Origin: Phoronis australis
Lineage: Eukaryota; Animalia; Phoronida
Reading direction: 5' to 3'
Length of the DNA stretch: 64,000 nucleotides
Assembly (NCBI GenBank): GCA_002633005.1
Contig: NMRA01000006.1
Span: 390,677 to 454,676 of the forward strand
The translations under genes were made by a program, and so were the position numbers. Of this stretch, positions 1 to 12,089 are shown one piece after another (position 1 is the first letter of the stretch; each line of letters begins with the position of its first letter). Under the pieces are notes generated by a model. That model worked only from the letters and a program-made list of their open reading frames with translations. It did not search any database and was not told where the DNA came from.

Positions 1-2051
1 TGCGAAATACTGATAAGAGAGAAAATTCAAGAGAACATTTTTAAAACAACTCTGCATCAGTGCATGGCCCTACCTTTTGAGGACCATGGCCATGACATTG
101 TCTTTAGGGTCCCCGAAAAATCGAGAAAATTTGTGTACTAATTTATTGGATTATAAATTCAATAAGTCAATTTTGCGAATGCAAAAGTATATTTTTCCAG
201 ATGCCCCTCTCTGGCAGAAGATAACGGAGACAACTTTCGCTTTATTTTTTTTCTCGAAACTGTACATTACTTGAGAAAAATTGATGACCTGACTGATAAC
301 ATCAATTGCTGTGCATTTCCGGATATCTGAAAAAATAGATATTTTCATATTTAGGGGCCCCGCCCTTTGAAGGAACCCATTGATGACATTCAAGTGGCCA
401 CCCTATTTGTGTTTTTATTGACAAATTCTTACGGGGCCGCTCACGGAATCGATTACCTCTATTTTTTGTTTTTTTTTGTGGCTTTCATGTTGAAGGAGGT
501 CACTGACTGCATCATTTTGGGACCACACGACGGTGGAATTCATTGTCACTCTTTTTTCCAAGCTCAATGATGTTTAGCCTTCCATCTCAAGGTGTCCCAT
601 TTCAGACGGTACCCTCTCTCGGTGGAGCAGTTCGGGGAAAATGTCCGTTTGTCCATCTATACATACAAATCCGACACTGCCAAGTATCCACGATGGAAGT
701 TGAGATTCCAAATTCATCAAAAAAAAAACACAAAAACATTCGTGCACAGCACAGCCATTCGACCGAAACAACCAAAACTGTGAAAAAGTACAGTAGGATT
801 GCCGCGATCGAAAGGCCGTGGAATTTTGAAGAACGTGAAAACCACTATTTTGAATTACACAAAAGGATTATTTCCGACGATTAGTTATAAAATAATGTTA
901 CTGTTTCTCTTAGTATCACAAGAATAGCATCTCTATTGAAGATGGTTAATTACTATGAGGTGTTTGTAAGGAATTCCCACCTGTGGAAAACACCGCTGTC
1001 TATGCTACTATTTGTGATGACAGTGTACATGTCGAAAGGGGTACTTAAAGAATTCTCGCAATCATAAACAAAGATTTCAGAATTTTGTTTTGTCACTGGA
1101 GTTCAAGTTTACCTCGTAAACCGTTATAGGTATCATTGAAATGAGCAAAATACAACTTGATACGGATGCCCTATCTGCCGTATTCCCCCGGATACCTGTC
1201 AAAAGTCTGCAAGCATGCATGCGGATATTGCTTATAACATTCCGTTTTTGTAAACAAATACGTTGGTTTCTGATTTACTTGTTTGTGTACTCTACGAAAA
1301 TCGATAGATTCATAGATGATTTTTGACGATTAGAAGCTAATCTTGTAAGAATTGATGTTTCAGTGAATTTAATTGCAGCCTGAAGTTGGAAAAAGTCTAT
1401 AATCCGATCTCCAAATAATAAAGTACACTTACGTGTATAGACGATTTTTGCATATTTAAAATAACTCTCAAAGACATTGATGAAATTCAGACTCACAAAC
1501 CGTAGTAGAAAAAAACGTTTTATAAATCCTTAATTAAATAAAATTAAACTCATTGCTTGGAAAGGTTGTCTTTGCACTTCCTTGGTGTTCTTAGTTTCCA
1601 GTACTATTGTCGACAGCTGAGCAGTTCATCAGTCGAATGTGCTTAGCACGTAATTTCACAAAAACCCGAACAGACATCCCTGGACAGGTCCAAACCGCAT
1701 GAGCAAGGCGTCGATTCTCAGCTTGGCCAGCACACGGGGGTTTCACAGGCAAACACGGCGCTTGCGCGTTACTTTGCATTAGGCTTACTTGTTTGTAGAG
1801 TATTGCACGTCCCTCATCTCTATTTATTTTTAGTAGGACCAGCAAGCTTATTTATTGGTTTTATTCATTCATTTGGCATGGATTCGGGTATTGGCACAAC
1901 TTCACGTTCGAGCGCGTGCGCAGTAACAAAGTAATTGTTTTAAACTCATAATCTTAAATTGTCTGCAACTCGTTAATACGTCCTTTTGTGGATTGTCCTT
2001 ACACGTAACTTGAAACTTAAACACACTCTACTCATTTACTAAGCATGACAT

Positions 2052-4004
2052 TCAATCTGTGTTCGTGGCCGGCGGAGCCAGGTGTACCGGGTGATTTCCC
2101 AAACAGCTCAAGAATTTTGAAGCCGACAGCTCCCCTGCGCAAATTTTATGTATGGCAGTAAACAATGGGAACATATTTTCCTTGTTCCTGGCTTTTAAGA
2201 CGGTGTTTACTGAGGCAGCTACAGAGGCACCCAGAATGTTGCGTTCAGTTTGTAACAATTGGCGTTGCACGTCTGAAAGCGACTTCTCCGACAATTGAAA
2301 GTCTTGCGCTATCTTCTGGTTTCCTCGACCGTAGGAGGTAGCGATCAAGTCTGCCAAACCGCAACTCTCCATAAATGTAGTCATCTTACCACACGGGTAG
2401 AACTCCTCGACGAATCGGATCATCTCCATGAGACCTAGACGTATGACGGCGGCCTTGGTGTTGTCACCGTATCGAGTCCAGTCTGAAGAAATAAAATGGC
2501 TCCAGTCAAGAGTCAGGTCGACGCCGGGACCTCCTAAAAATTTCTGGTGCCACAGCCTAGTCCTGAAGAACATCTCACAACATCCCTCGAACACATTACA
2601 TGCATATGCCATGTACCAGACTAGGCTGTGCTGTTGTTTAAATTCGCATAATTATATTAATCAACTACAATGAAACGTGAATAAAATGCGTGTAATAACC
2701 TTCAAAAGTACAACTTCAAGAAGTAATACCTAGCCTAGAAAATGCGTTTTTCAGCCATAAATTGATTGTGTGACATTTTAAGATGCGTCGATTATATAAA
2801 GGAGATAGCTGTGTTTGTCAGATGCTCCATAAAACCTACGTTGTCACACATTTGCAGCACAGCAAGTTCAGCAAGTTCAAGAAGACATTGTTGGTGAATG
2901 AGGCGCATTGGCGTTTGCACATGGCAATTTTTAAAGCCCCAGATCAAAATCTGTTATACTAAATGGAAAGTATTGACTTGCGAATGGCAAACACCCGCGC
3001 ATCTTTTCCGAAACCAGATTCGATGAGTGAGGGCGTGAACTCCTTACAATCATTGACAATACGTGTTTTACTTCGCCGGTTCTATCGATTCTCGATGACA
3101 ACTTAGGGCGTTTGGTACCAAACAGATGTGTCTTCGCCTGATGAAATTGGCGAAGTGAATCAAATGCAACCATTGGTGATTTAATTGGGTAAAAATGTCA
3201 ATTTCTTAAGAACAAGGGGTCGGAGGAGATGGGCCTAAAGAAAAAAAATAGTGTGCATGGTTTCAAGAACATATTTTCTCTCCGCGGCTACCTTGTTTTA
3301 CCTATCGCTTCCACAGGTGTATTGGGATCCTCATTCGTCGCCACGCAGCTGATCACATCCGCCGCTACTCCAACGATCTCTTTCAACACTCCACACAACT
3401 CCACTGTTTCGTAATCGCGGACGATGCGAAGTCTCAAGTTATCCGTCTGCATAAGGTCCTTTAAGATTTGTCCGTGACTCAAGTTTCCGGATCCAATGGT
3501 TGCCTCACAATAGGTGTTTGAGGCCAATTCTTGGGGGCTAATGGCACCCATGAGAACGTTGCACTCAACTCCGATATAACTTTTGATGAACTCACATACG
3601 AAGCGCAACTGGCCATTTTCTTTGACATCAACGCCCTTAATGAAAGATACTGCAATGGCGCAAGGTTTGACAACGTTTTTAAGTTCTTCGCAAGTTCTGG
3701 CTATCGCCTCATAGGGCAAAACAAAAATTAACACGTCAGCATTTTTAGTCGCCTCTTTCACGTCGGTATGCGCTTTTACATTTTTTGGTATTTTATGTCC
3801 TTGAAGATTTTTGATATCCTCATGTGTAGTGTTGATAACGTCGCTGAGTTTTTGTCCGTTTATGTCTTCTTCCAACATGTACATTGTCACTTGGTCGTCA
3901 AACTTCCGGTTTGCTGCTACATTTTGTCCAATAATTGTGGCCAACGCGCACCCCCACGCAGCACCACCTACTATGCTAACTTTGAGAGGCACTTTGTCAC
4001 TCAT
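2052..4004 (-). CDS. GPD1: Glycerol-3-phosphate dehydrogenase [NAD+], cytosolic GPD1-like, divergent paralog; exons 4004-3302 and 2482-2052 (377 aa)
   Basis: Translation contains KVSIVGGAAWG, ADVLIFVLP, SFIKG, YCEATIG, VELCGVLKE, GDNTKAAVIRLGLMEM, TFMESCGLADLIATSYG and FPLFTAIHKIC. Donor ATAG|GTAAAA at 3302/3301 and acceptor tttcttcag|AC at 2483/2482 join in phase 1. AATAAA signals lie on the - strand near 1850-1865. Confidence 0.9.
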
Positions 4005-4871
4005 TTGTAAATGAATCTTAATCTTTTTTTCATGTGTAAAGGAAAACAAAATCGGGTTAAACTGAAAAAATACTTCACATTGTGACGTTTCTTTCTGTTC
4101 ATTTGAAAACTTGCATCTGCCGATTTCATCCCGTGCGTTTCTACGTTCGGCAGAAACGGAAATAGACGGAGGACAACGCCACGCGGAATCCATGTTACAA
4201 GTGTTTGCATATTTTCCGTTGGTTCACAGTTGCTGTCGTTTGCCACACTGATGGAATGACAACGCGGGTCTGGGTTGGGTTCTTAGATATAAGACAGTCT
4301 CGAGATCAGCTAGTGAGATCACGTACTTCAGTTGCTAATCATGGCGACATATCTCGTGAAATCTTGCGTGATTTTGCGTACAACGTTATCGGCGAAAAAG
4401 TAATTGTCAGAGATCAGCCTCAGCGGAGTGCTAAATTGGACCCTAGAGAAATATCCAAAATTGGCAAACTACAGAACAAATACCCCGCCATATATAAAAA
4501 ACGGTTTTATCGGATTCACATGAGAAGTTCAGATGTTGTGCTTTATACACTGCTCCAAAACTCTGTTAGGAATTGTTTTAAAATGTTCCACCATTGCAGA
4601 ATTGGTTATAAAAGGACAAAATTGCATATATAGGAAACGAAATGATGACTTAGAAAACTGTAACAGCGATTTGATATTTGACAGAGAACATTTGTATCAA
4701 ATGAAATTTGATCATGTTATTGATAACATTATGTGTTTTCCTATGTATGTACCTTTTTCTTTTGCCACATTTTAATAAAAAATGTTACGACGAAGGGCTG
4801 ATAATGGTTCCTGTACTTTGCTACACAGTGTTCTGAGTAGTCAGATAAACACATATTAAACTGCCTTTCCA

Positions 4872-5110
4872 TTAAAAAGACACTAAACTCGGGTCTGATC
4901 TATTAAAAATACATCATAGAACTTGTTTTAAAGGAAATAACGCTCTGTTACTATTGTCTATCCTCCAAAGTTTCGAGCAATTTCCTTACAAAGTCTGCTA
5001 AAGAGATAAGCGTGCCTAACGTTTTATGGAAAGACCGCTTATTACTTCAAAACACGAAATCCAATTTAGTGACTGTGGGGAAGTGCCTTAGTCGAAAAAT
5101 ACTTTTATTG
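4872..5110 (-). mobile_element. Partial copy of the same TTAA MITE family
   Basis: ataacgctctgt...aaagtttcgag...caaagtctgctaaa...aagcgtg matches the internal part of the 27526-27890 copy. Confidence 0.55.
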
Positions 5111-6451
5111 CATAAGTGGGTGAAATAACCAGCATTGTTGAAATCTCCCAAACACGGTTTAGTATCTTTCAACTATTAGAAAGTCCAGAACGGTCACCAG
5201 TGTGTGATGCAAACTCGTCGTGGCTTGCCCGAAAAGCACGCTATCGTTTTTGCAGCCGTAAGACGCAGTTTGGAATTGGAAGTGAAGGACTTTTTGAAGG
5301 AATCAAATGACAAGCGCTCGATGCCATTTGTATCACGATTCTTTATACCTGGGAGGAATTTGATGATTTTCGATTAGATTCCTGTTGGTCAAATTAATTC
5401 ATTGGTTCACAAACGAAAGTTGTTAACCTGCCATTTGTACCAATTTTAGCAATGCAATTGTTAAAAATGATAAGATTATAACTAATGAACGATCCTGAGC
5501 TGTTTATGTTCCATGGCCTTTACAAATTAGACTTAACTTTTCTACGGACTGGAGTATGAATTGAGTCAATTTGAAACCAAACAAGCAATATTCAAGCTTT
5601 GATGTCGTGAAGTCATGACCCAACACCAGTTTCCGAACACTTTCTTGCTATTTTCAGAAATTCCTCTTATTGTCGAATCCCCGTCTTTGACTAGAGCGCA
5701 ATGCAAAGCGGGTCGGGTGGTAACGGTACGTTTGACATTGACTGCACTTTGTCAAAGAAGTATGGTGAAAAAGTGACGTCTTGACAATTAATCCATTACG
5801 AGTTAGTTGATGAATATCAAATTATGGTGCCGATTTCACATGGAATCAATTAGGTTTGGTGCCGTTTTTAACTACATATTCTGGAGATTTGGCGGAAATC
5901 AGTGACTTATATTGCCAGTTGTTCATTGAAAACTTCTTTACCTGTCGAGGAATTCAAACATTTATTGAATGATTACAGAATCATGATGGTGAATCCTTGT
6001 ACGTATCGGAGCCGGAGGCTGGCCCGAGGCAATACAACAAAGGGCATATAACTCTCTGGAGACGGTGTGAGAGAGTGGCGAAATAGCTGGCTGAGTTGAC
6101 GGCACGTTTTTAGGAACCCCTCCCTGAGTTTGACCGTTCTGCCGTCTCAATTTGTGTGAACGTTAAAGGCTATGGCGCACAAAATTTGGTTGAAAGAACC
6201 AGTCGTGCGGCAAACTACAGTGTATGTGACCTCCACACTAACTATCCTTTGACGAACACTGGGGAGTCAACACCAGGCGAAACATGACTTCAAACAACGT
6301 AAAACCAAATGGCCGCAAAATACTTGTATTGAAGCTCAAAGTACACAGAAATACACTTCGAAATGTAAAAGTTCTCCAAATACTCCACGGCACGTAAATA
6401 AGAATAACGATTCCCCCAACCGGTGCTTGTAGTACAGTCCCAAGTGAACTC

Positions 6452-9400
6452 TCAGTCTTCTGGTGAGGGGGCGCAACACAAAAGGCGTCGCCACCAGGAT
6501 AGTCTCTTTTCGTCGTTTGTTCGTGACGGAGACTTATTCTTACGACTTTTCTTTTGTTTCAGATACCTGTGATCGTCATCAGTACATTCTTTTCTCACGC
6601 TAGCGCTGTCATTATTGACAGAAGTGCCGTGGCCCACGCGGTAACCTCTGTCACCAGTAAGGTCATTGACACGTCCATCGCTGCCACAAGAATGATCGAC
6701 AATGTCTCCGCGGATTCCATTGATAACGCCAGTTACAAGTCCGTTGTTGTCCTCTGTGCCACGACATTCCCGCATTCTATTCGTAAAAGAACTTTCAGGT
6801 TCAGTTTGAACATTTGTATCGCGCCCTGTATCACCATTTCCAAACAGAGTATCATGTCCCGGATCACCATTTCCATAAGGAGCATACGGAGTATCATGGT
6901 CAGGGTCACCATTTCCATGCAGAGTATCATATCTTGGATCACCTTGTCCACACAGAATATCATGCCCTGGATCACCATTGTCATACGCAGCATCATGCTC
7001 TAGATCACCATTTACATACGCTGAATCGTGCTCAGGGTCATCATTTTCATATGACATATCGTTGTTGGTATCACCATTTCTATAAGGAACACCCAAGCCA
7101 GGATTACCATTTCCATACGGAGTATCATGATCTGGATCACGAGTTCCAGTTTCATGCCGAGTATCATGCTTTGGATCACCATTTCCATACGCGATATCAT
7201 GCTCAAGATCACCGTTTACATAAGTAGCAATGTGGTTAGGATAACCATTTCCATAAGGAAAATCATGGTCAGGATTACCATTTCCACACGCATCATCATG
7301 CTCAAGGACACAGTTTCCACATGGAGTATAATATCCTGGATCACAGTTTTCACCTGAGATACAATGATTTGAATCAGCACTTCCATAAGGAGTGTGATGG
7401 CAAGGATAACTATTTTCATACGGGACACCAAGCCCTGGATCAGGAATTCCATACTGAACAAGATGCCTTGCATAACCACTTCCATTTGAAGTATCACGTG
7501 CTGGATCACCATCTCCAAACAGAGTATCATTTCCTGGATCACCATTTCCAAACGAGGTATCATGCCCTGGACCACCATCTCCATACGGAGTATCATTTCC
7601 TGGATGACCATTTCCACACGCAGCAGCATGCCCTGGATCACCATCTTCATAAGGAATATCATTTCTTAGATTACCACTTCCATGTGGAGTATCAGTAATT
7701 GAATCACAATTTTCATATGAAGTATCATGCCCTGGACCACCATCTCCATACGGAGTATCATTTCCTGGATCACCACTTCCACACGAAGTATAATGCCCTG
7801 GATCACCATCTTCACACGGAGTATGAATTCCTGAATTACCATTTCCATGTGGAGTATCATTCACTGGATCACCGTTTCCACATGAACTATCATGTCCTGG
7901 ATTACCATCTCCATACAGAGTGTCATTTCCTTGATCATCATTTCCACAAGAAGTATCATGCCCTGGACCACCATCTCGATACGAAGTATCATTTGGATTA
8001 CCATTTCCACACGAAACATCGTTCCCTGGATCACCAGTCGCGTCAGCAATGTGCTCCAGTCCTTGAATTGCAAGTACACCGTCTGTTTTCTCTTTACATT
8101 TTCCCTGTAGTTGGATCGCACCAAACTTATTGGTAATTTCACTGTTTTCATTGAAGTCATTCTTCTGATTCAGTGTGCTTTTGTTATCTACAGTGATAGT
8201 AGTAGGAAGAAAACATGGTTTGAGCTTTGTTTCTGAAGTTATGCTTGTGGTTGCCGCTGTTGTCATTTCCTGATGCCCGGGTGGTGTTTCTGGGATGTCG
8301 TCGAGAATGTCTTCAATATATTCATAGTGAACAGTTATGGTCTGTCCGTTTTCATCTACTTTAGTCAAAGTGATACTTGAATCTTCGTATTCCTCACTTA
8401 AGTCATCATCTTCAGAAACTCCCAGCATGACGGAAATTATTGCTGTTGTAATGTCCAATAGGTTCTCTGTGATTGATACTATATGTCGCTTGATAATATT
8501 CACAAACGCTGATACATACGTTTTTAGAAATATCACCAAGTCTGCTAATACCATAATGTGTACTTTAAGTGCCATATTCAAATTTGAATTCTGACACCCT
8601 GGATCACCATCTCCATACAGGGTATCATGTCCTGGATCACCATCTCCATACAGGGTATCATGTCCTGGATCACCATCTCCATACAGGTTATCATTTCCTG
8701 GATCACCACTTCCACACGAAGTATCATGCCCTGGATCACCATCTTCATAAGGAGTATCCTTTCCTGGATCACCATTTCCAAATGAGGTATCATGTCTTGG
8801 ATAACCTCTTCCACGCGTAGTATTCTTCACAGGTTCACCATTTTCAAAACCAGTGTCATGCTCAGGGACAACATTTCCATAAGGAGTATCCTCCTTGGGA
8901 TCACCGTGTTTATGTGGAATGCAGTTGTCAGGATCACCCTTCCCATACGGAGTATCTTTTTGGGTCTCGCCGTTTTTATAAGAAATATCGTTGTCAGGAT
9001 CACCATTTCTATGCTGAGTATCATTGTATCTATCACCCTTTCGATACGGAGTATCATGCCATGTAACACCATTTCCTTTCGAAGTATTATGCTCAGGGTC
9101 ACCATTATCACATGATGCCTCAAGAATAGAATCACGCTTGTCGTCTGAAGCGTCGGACCCATGATCACTTTTTCATATATAATACCAGGTCTGGGATCAC
9201 CCTCATTACATGGATCGCCATGCTTGTCTTCATCATTTTTATCCTGGGCATAGTTTCTGACATTTACTTTAAGAACAGCTTGTTCGTTTCCTTCGTCGCC
9301 ACCTGCGCTATTTGTCACCCGTCCAACAGTGCTGTTTTTAATGTCACGAACATACATGCCCATTCCATCTGTAACATCAGCAAGGCGTATGTTCTTGCTC

Positions 9401-9969
9401 TCGATAGCATCAAGTATGCATCTTTCTTCGTAAGCAGTCACGTCAGCAATGTGTTCCAGTCCTTGGACTGCAAGTATACAGTCTGCTTTCTCTTTACATT
9501 TTGCCTGCAGTTGTATGACGCCAACCTTGTTGGCACTTTCACTGTTTTCGTTGAAGTCGTTCTTCTGATTCAGTGTGTTTTGGTTATCTACAGTAATAGC
9601 AGTAGAAAGAAGACATGGTTTGAGCTTTGTTTCTGACGTTATGCTTGTGGTTGCCGCTGTTGTAGTTTCCTTATGCACGTGTGGTGTTTCTGGGATGTCG
9701 TCGAGAATGTCTTCAATATATTCATAGTGAACAGTTATGGTCTGTCCGTTTTCATCTACTTTAGTCAAAGTGATACTTGAATCTTCGTATTCCTCACTTA
9801 AGTCATCATCTTCAGAAACTCCCAGCATGACGGAAATTATTGCTGTTGTGATGTCCAAGAGATTCTCTGTGATTGGTACTATATGTCGCTTGATAATATT
9901 CACAAACGCTGATATATACGCCATTAGAAAGACCATCAAGTCTGTAAATACCCTCATGGGTACTGCCAT
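6452..9969 (-). CDS. Uncharacterised repeat protein (~1170 aa if a 1-nt frameshift at ~9169-9173 is corrected): duplicated N-terminal module, 11-aa G(N/D)GDPGHDTxY repeats, C-terminal WWRRLLCC
   Basis: ORF 9969-8827 leaves the repeat frame at TAT GAA AAA GTG. Adding one base gives a stop-free repeat frame (SDHGSD...NGDPEHNTS...NGEPVKNTTRG) that runs straight into the 792-aa ORF 8830-6452. Confidence 0.7.
6820..8036 (-). repeat. 33-bp coding tandem repeat array (with 66-bp higher-order units), array 2
   Basis: Recurrent ggatcaccatttccatacggagtatcatgccct-like units on the + strand; they encode GDPGHDTPYGN on the - strand. Confidence 0.9.
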
Positions 9970-9988
9970 ATTAAAATATGAATTCTGA
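8037..9988. repeat. Internal direct duplication of a ~550-bp module (8037-8594 and ~9437-9988)
   Basis: Long identical stretches, e.g. gtggtgtttctgggatgtcgtcgagaatg...ggaaattattgctgttgt, at about 8281-8448 and 9681-9848. Confidence 0.95.
8595..9220 (-). repeat. 33-bp coding tandem repeat array 1
   Basis: Same unit; near-perfect copies ctggatcaccatctccatacagggtatcatgtc at 8600-8700, more degenerate toward 9220. Confidence 0.85.
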
Positions 9989-10620
9989 CGTCATCAAAAC
10001 GTTGACGTCACACACGCAATACGCATTAATGAATGCGAGAGTGTGAAGCCATTTTTGCGACAATGGCGAAACTTTATACTAACAGACGTAATTTTCAAAG
10101 TATCGACACTTTTCGTTTTAGGCGCTGTGTTTGGAAAAATAAAGTGTCTGCGCTTTTGACTACATGTAAACAGCAAAATATATAAGATAATGTTAAATGA
10201 TGCATTCCGTTTCATGGCTATACAAAAGCCTACACATTCTTAGGAAATTCACTCGTTTTGCTGTCATTTGCGTACCCTTAGGCAAAGATTGTGCAAACCT
10301 AAGTTCAATTCTGATCTATATCGTTATCAACATAAACACAGAAAATAATTAAAGCAAATAAACTCAAGCTGAATTTCATATGCTCTTGCTGTGTGCGGTA
10401 AACTTGGCAATTATTTTCTTAGTTTTTACACTAGATATCCTGAATGGTTGCTAAATTATAAGACCACGCGCGTGAACTCCAAGCTCATACACAGTCCCCA
10501 GCTTCAAGCACTGCTCTTCCGTCCCACCAGGTGTCGCTGAACTACAGCGACAGATGGCACTGCGCACAACCACAACAACGAAAAGGATGATTGAACTGTG
10601 AAGTTGTCTTTAATAATAAG
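9986..10620. promoter_or_regulatory. Head-to-head promoter region for the repeat gene and the PARP gene; two CRE palindromes; probable PARP 5' UTR exon ending at 10620
   Basis: TGACGTCA at 9986-9993 and 10003-10010; CpG-richer patch at about 10465-10570; strong donor AAG|GTATGT at 10620/10621 upstream of the acceptor at 12683. Confidence 0.5.
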
Positions 10621-12089
10621 GTATGTCTTGAGAGAATTTCATATAACGCGAGAAAGCTGGTTATTCAGAAATGTGCTTTGACTATGCTAAGAATAATCAG
10701 CCGCTCTAGAAACAATCCAAACATAAGATGTTCAAGATATAGCAACATTGCGAGACTAACCTGAACACTAAAGGTTGAAACTGAAACTGGTTGGTATTCT
10801 GACTATTCTGGTTAAGTAAAAAAAACAAAAAAAAAACCAGTGTGTACACACTGGCAAGTGGCAAGACCTAGCCTACTGTTAGTAATAAGTAGCTTTGTGT
10901 TATGCAGCGCTGCGAAATGGGTGAGTGAAGTGAGAATCTACCGAAATTCTGAACAGTAAAAAGCTGTTTCAATTCCAATCCAATTGTGTACTTTTAGGCA
11001 CTCTGATCGGATCATGGTGGACTGTCTTTTAGAAAACCAGACAATCGCTGAATAATGAGCCACCTGTTACCCAGTGGATGAAACTGGTTCTCTAAGTCAA
11101 CGTCCACTATATCCAACCAGTGCTGTGTTTACTAATACCAAACTGATTGTGTATTTGACTTTCAGTCCTTTACAGCTAGCTGTCTTGTGAGCAAAATGCA
11201 CTCACTGCGTACAGAAAATACGTTATTGTAATGTATTAGGATCCTACTGTCAGACGATCTACACGTGTTTAACGCAAACCAGGATATTTGCAAGACTTTG
11301 TGACTGACTAAAATGAACAATTACTGGACAATTTACGTGGACTGTTGAAATGTGTTTATGTTTGTGTACTTGTAGAAATTGTTGAGGAGAGATGTAATGT
11401 TTTGATAAACATATAACAGATATATTACTCACGCATACCAGTTAGTGCAAGACTATAGTTTAGTTGATTCTGAGTAAAGGAAGTTCTATATATGGTATTA
11501 CCATTTCCATTGTAAGAATTGCATGCTGCTTAGTCATTGTTCTATATAAGCCACCTTGTAGTGAATTAAGTTAGCTCCAATAAAGTATTTGACTCAGCAA
11601 GGCTTATATTCTGACTTCGTAATATCAGAATATTACAGTTATTGTGACATCAATCAAATAACATAAATATTTTTGGTCCTAGCTCATAATCTAGCCAATA
11701 TATATGAGCACACATAGAGCTGAGTACTTGTTTTGTATATAAATCGCTCGTGTAACACACCAATATTGTATTAGAAGAGGATAGCAGGAACGACGATTGG
11801 TTGAATTTTCCAAACACTTATCCTTTTAAATAATCTCTTGTGGAGAGATATGTGATATCTAATGAAGTGGCTGGACTATCATGAGGTTCACAAACTAAAA
11901 TTTTCTGAAATACTGACAGCAAAACAGTCATGTACTGGCAGATAAAAATGGTTTACGAAGGATGGCTAGTAACTGTTGAGTGAAAACTAACGTGACTGGC
12001 ACAATCTAGATTCAATCCGGAGTATGCTACAGAAATAGCCAAAATCTTAACCAATTGGGGAAAGACCTGAACATAGGGATGTTCTGTTC

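Noticed and set aside
4005-4193. 63-aa N-terminal extension of the GPD1-like ORF
   Set aside because: Similarity starts at MSDKVPLKV (4004); the upstream part has low coding character and is treated as UTR, though not formally excluded.
8335-8380. ITLTKVDENGQTI resembling the start of a bacterial Cna-B/SpaA domain (possible horizontal transfer)
   Set aside because: The following L.GA.F.L and G.Y...E motifs are absent; a short chance match.
6820-8790. 33-bp repeat array as a CRISPR
   Set aside because: Units are contiguous and degenerate with no unique spacers, keep codon phase, and lie in an intron-containing eukaryotic locus with no cas genes.
6814-8820. His-rich + strand ORFs (HALDHHLHTEYHFLDHHF repeats) and MEMVIQ-type ORFs in other frames
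   Set aside because: These are shadows of the 33-bp repeat. They are broken by stops and confined to the arrays, while one - strand frame is open through both repeat and unique sequence.
9991-9996. TGA TGA as selenocysteine or readthrough codons
   Set aside because: No redox motif context and no SECIS identified; splicing or promoter explanations are simpler.
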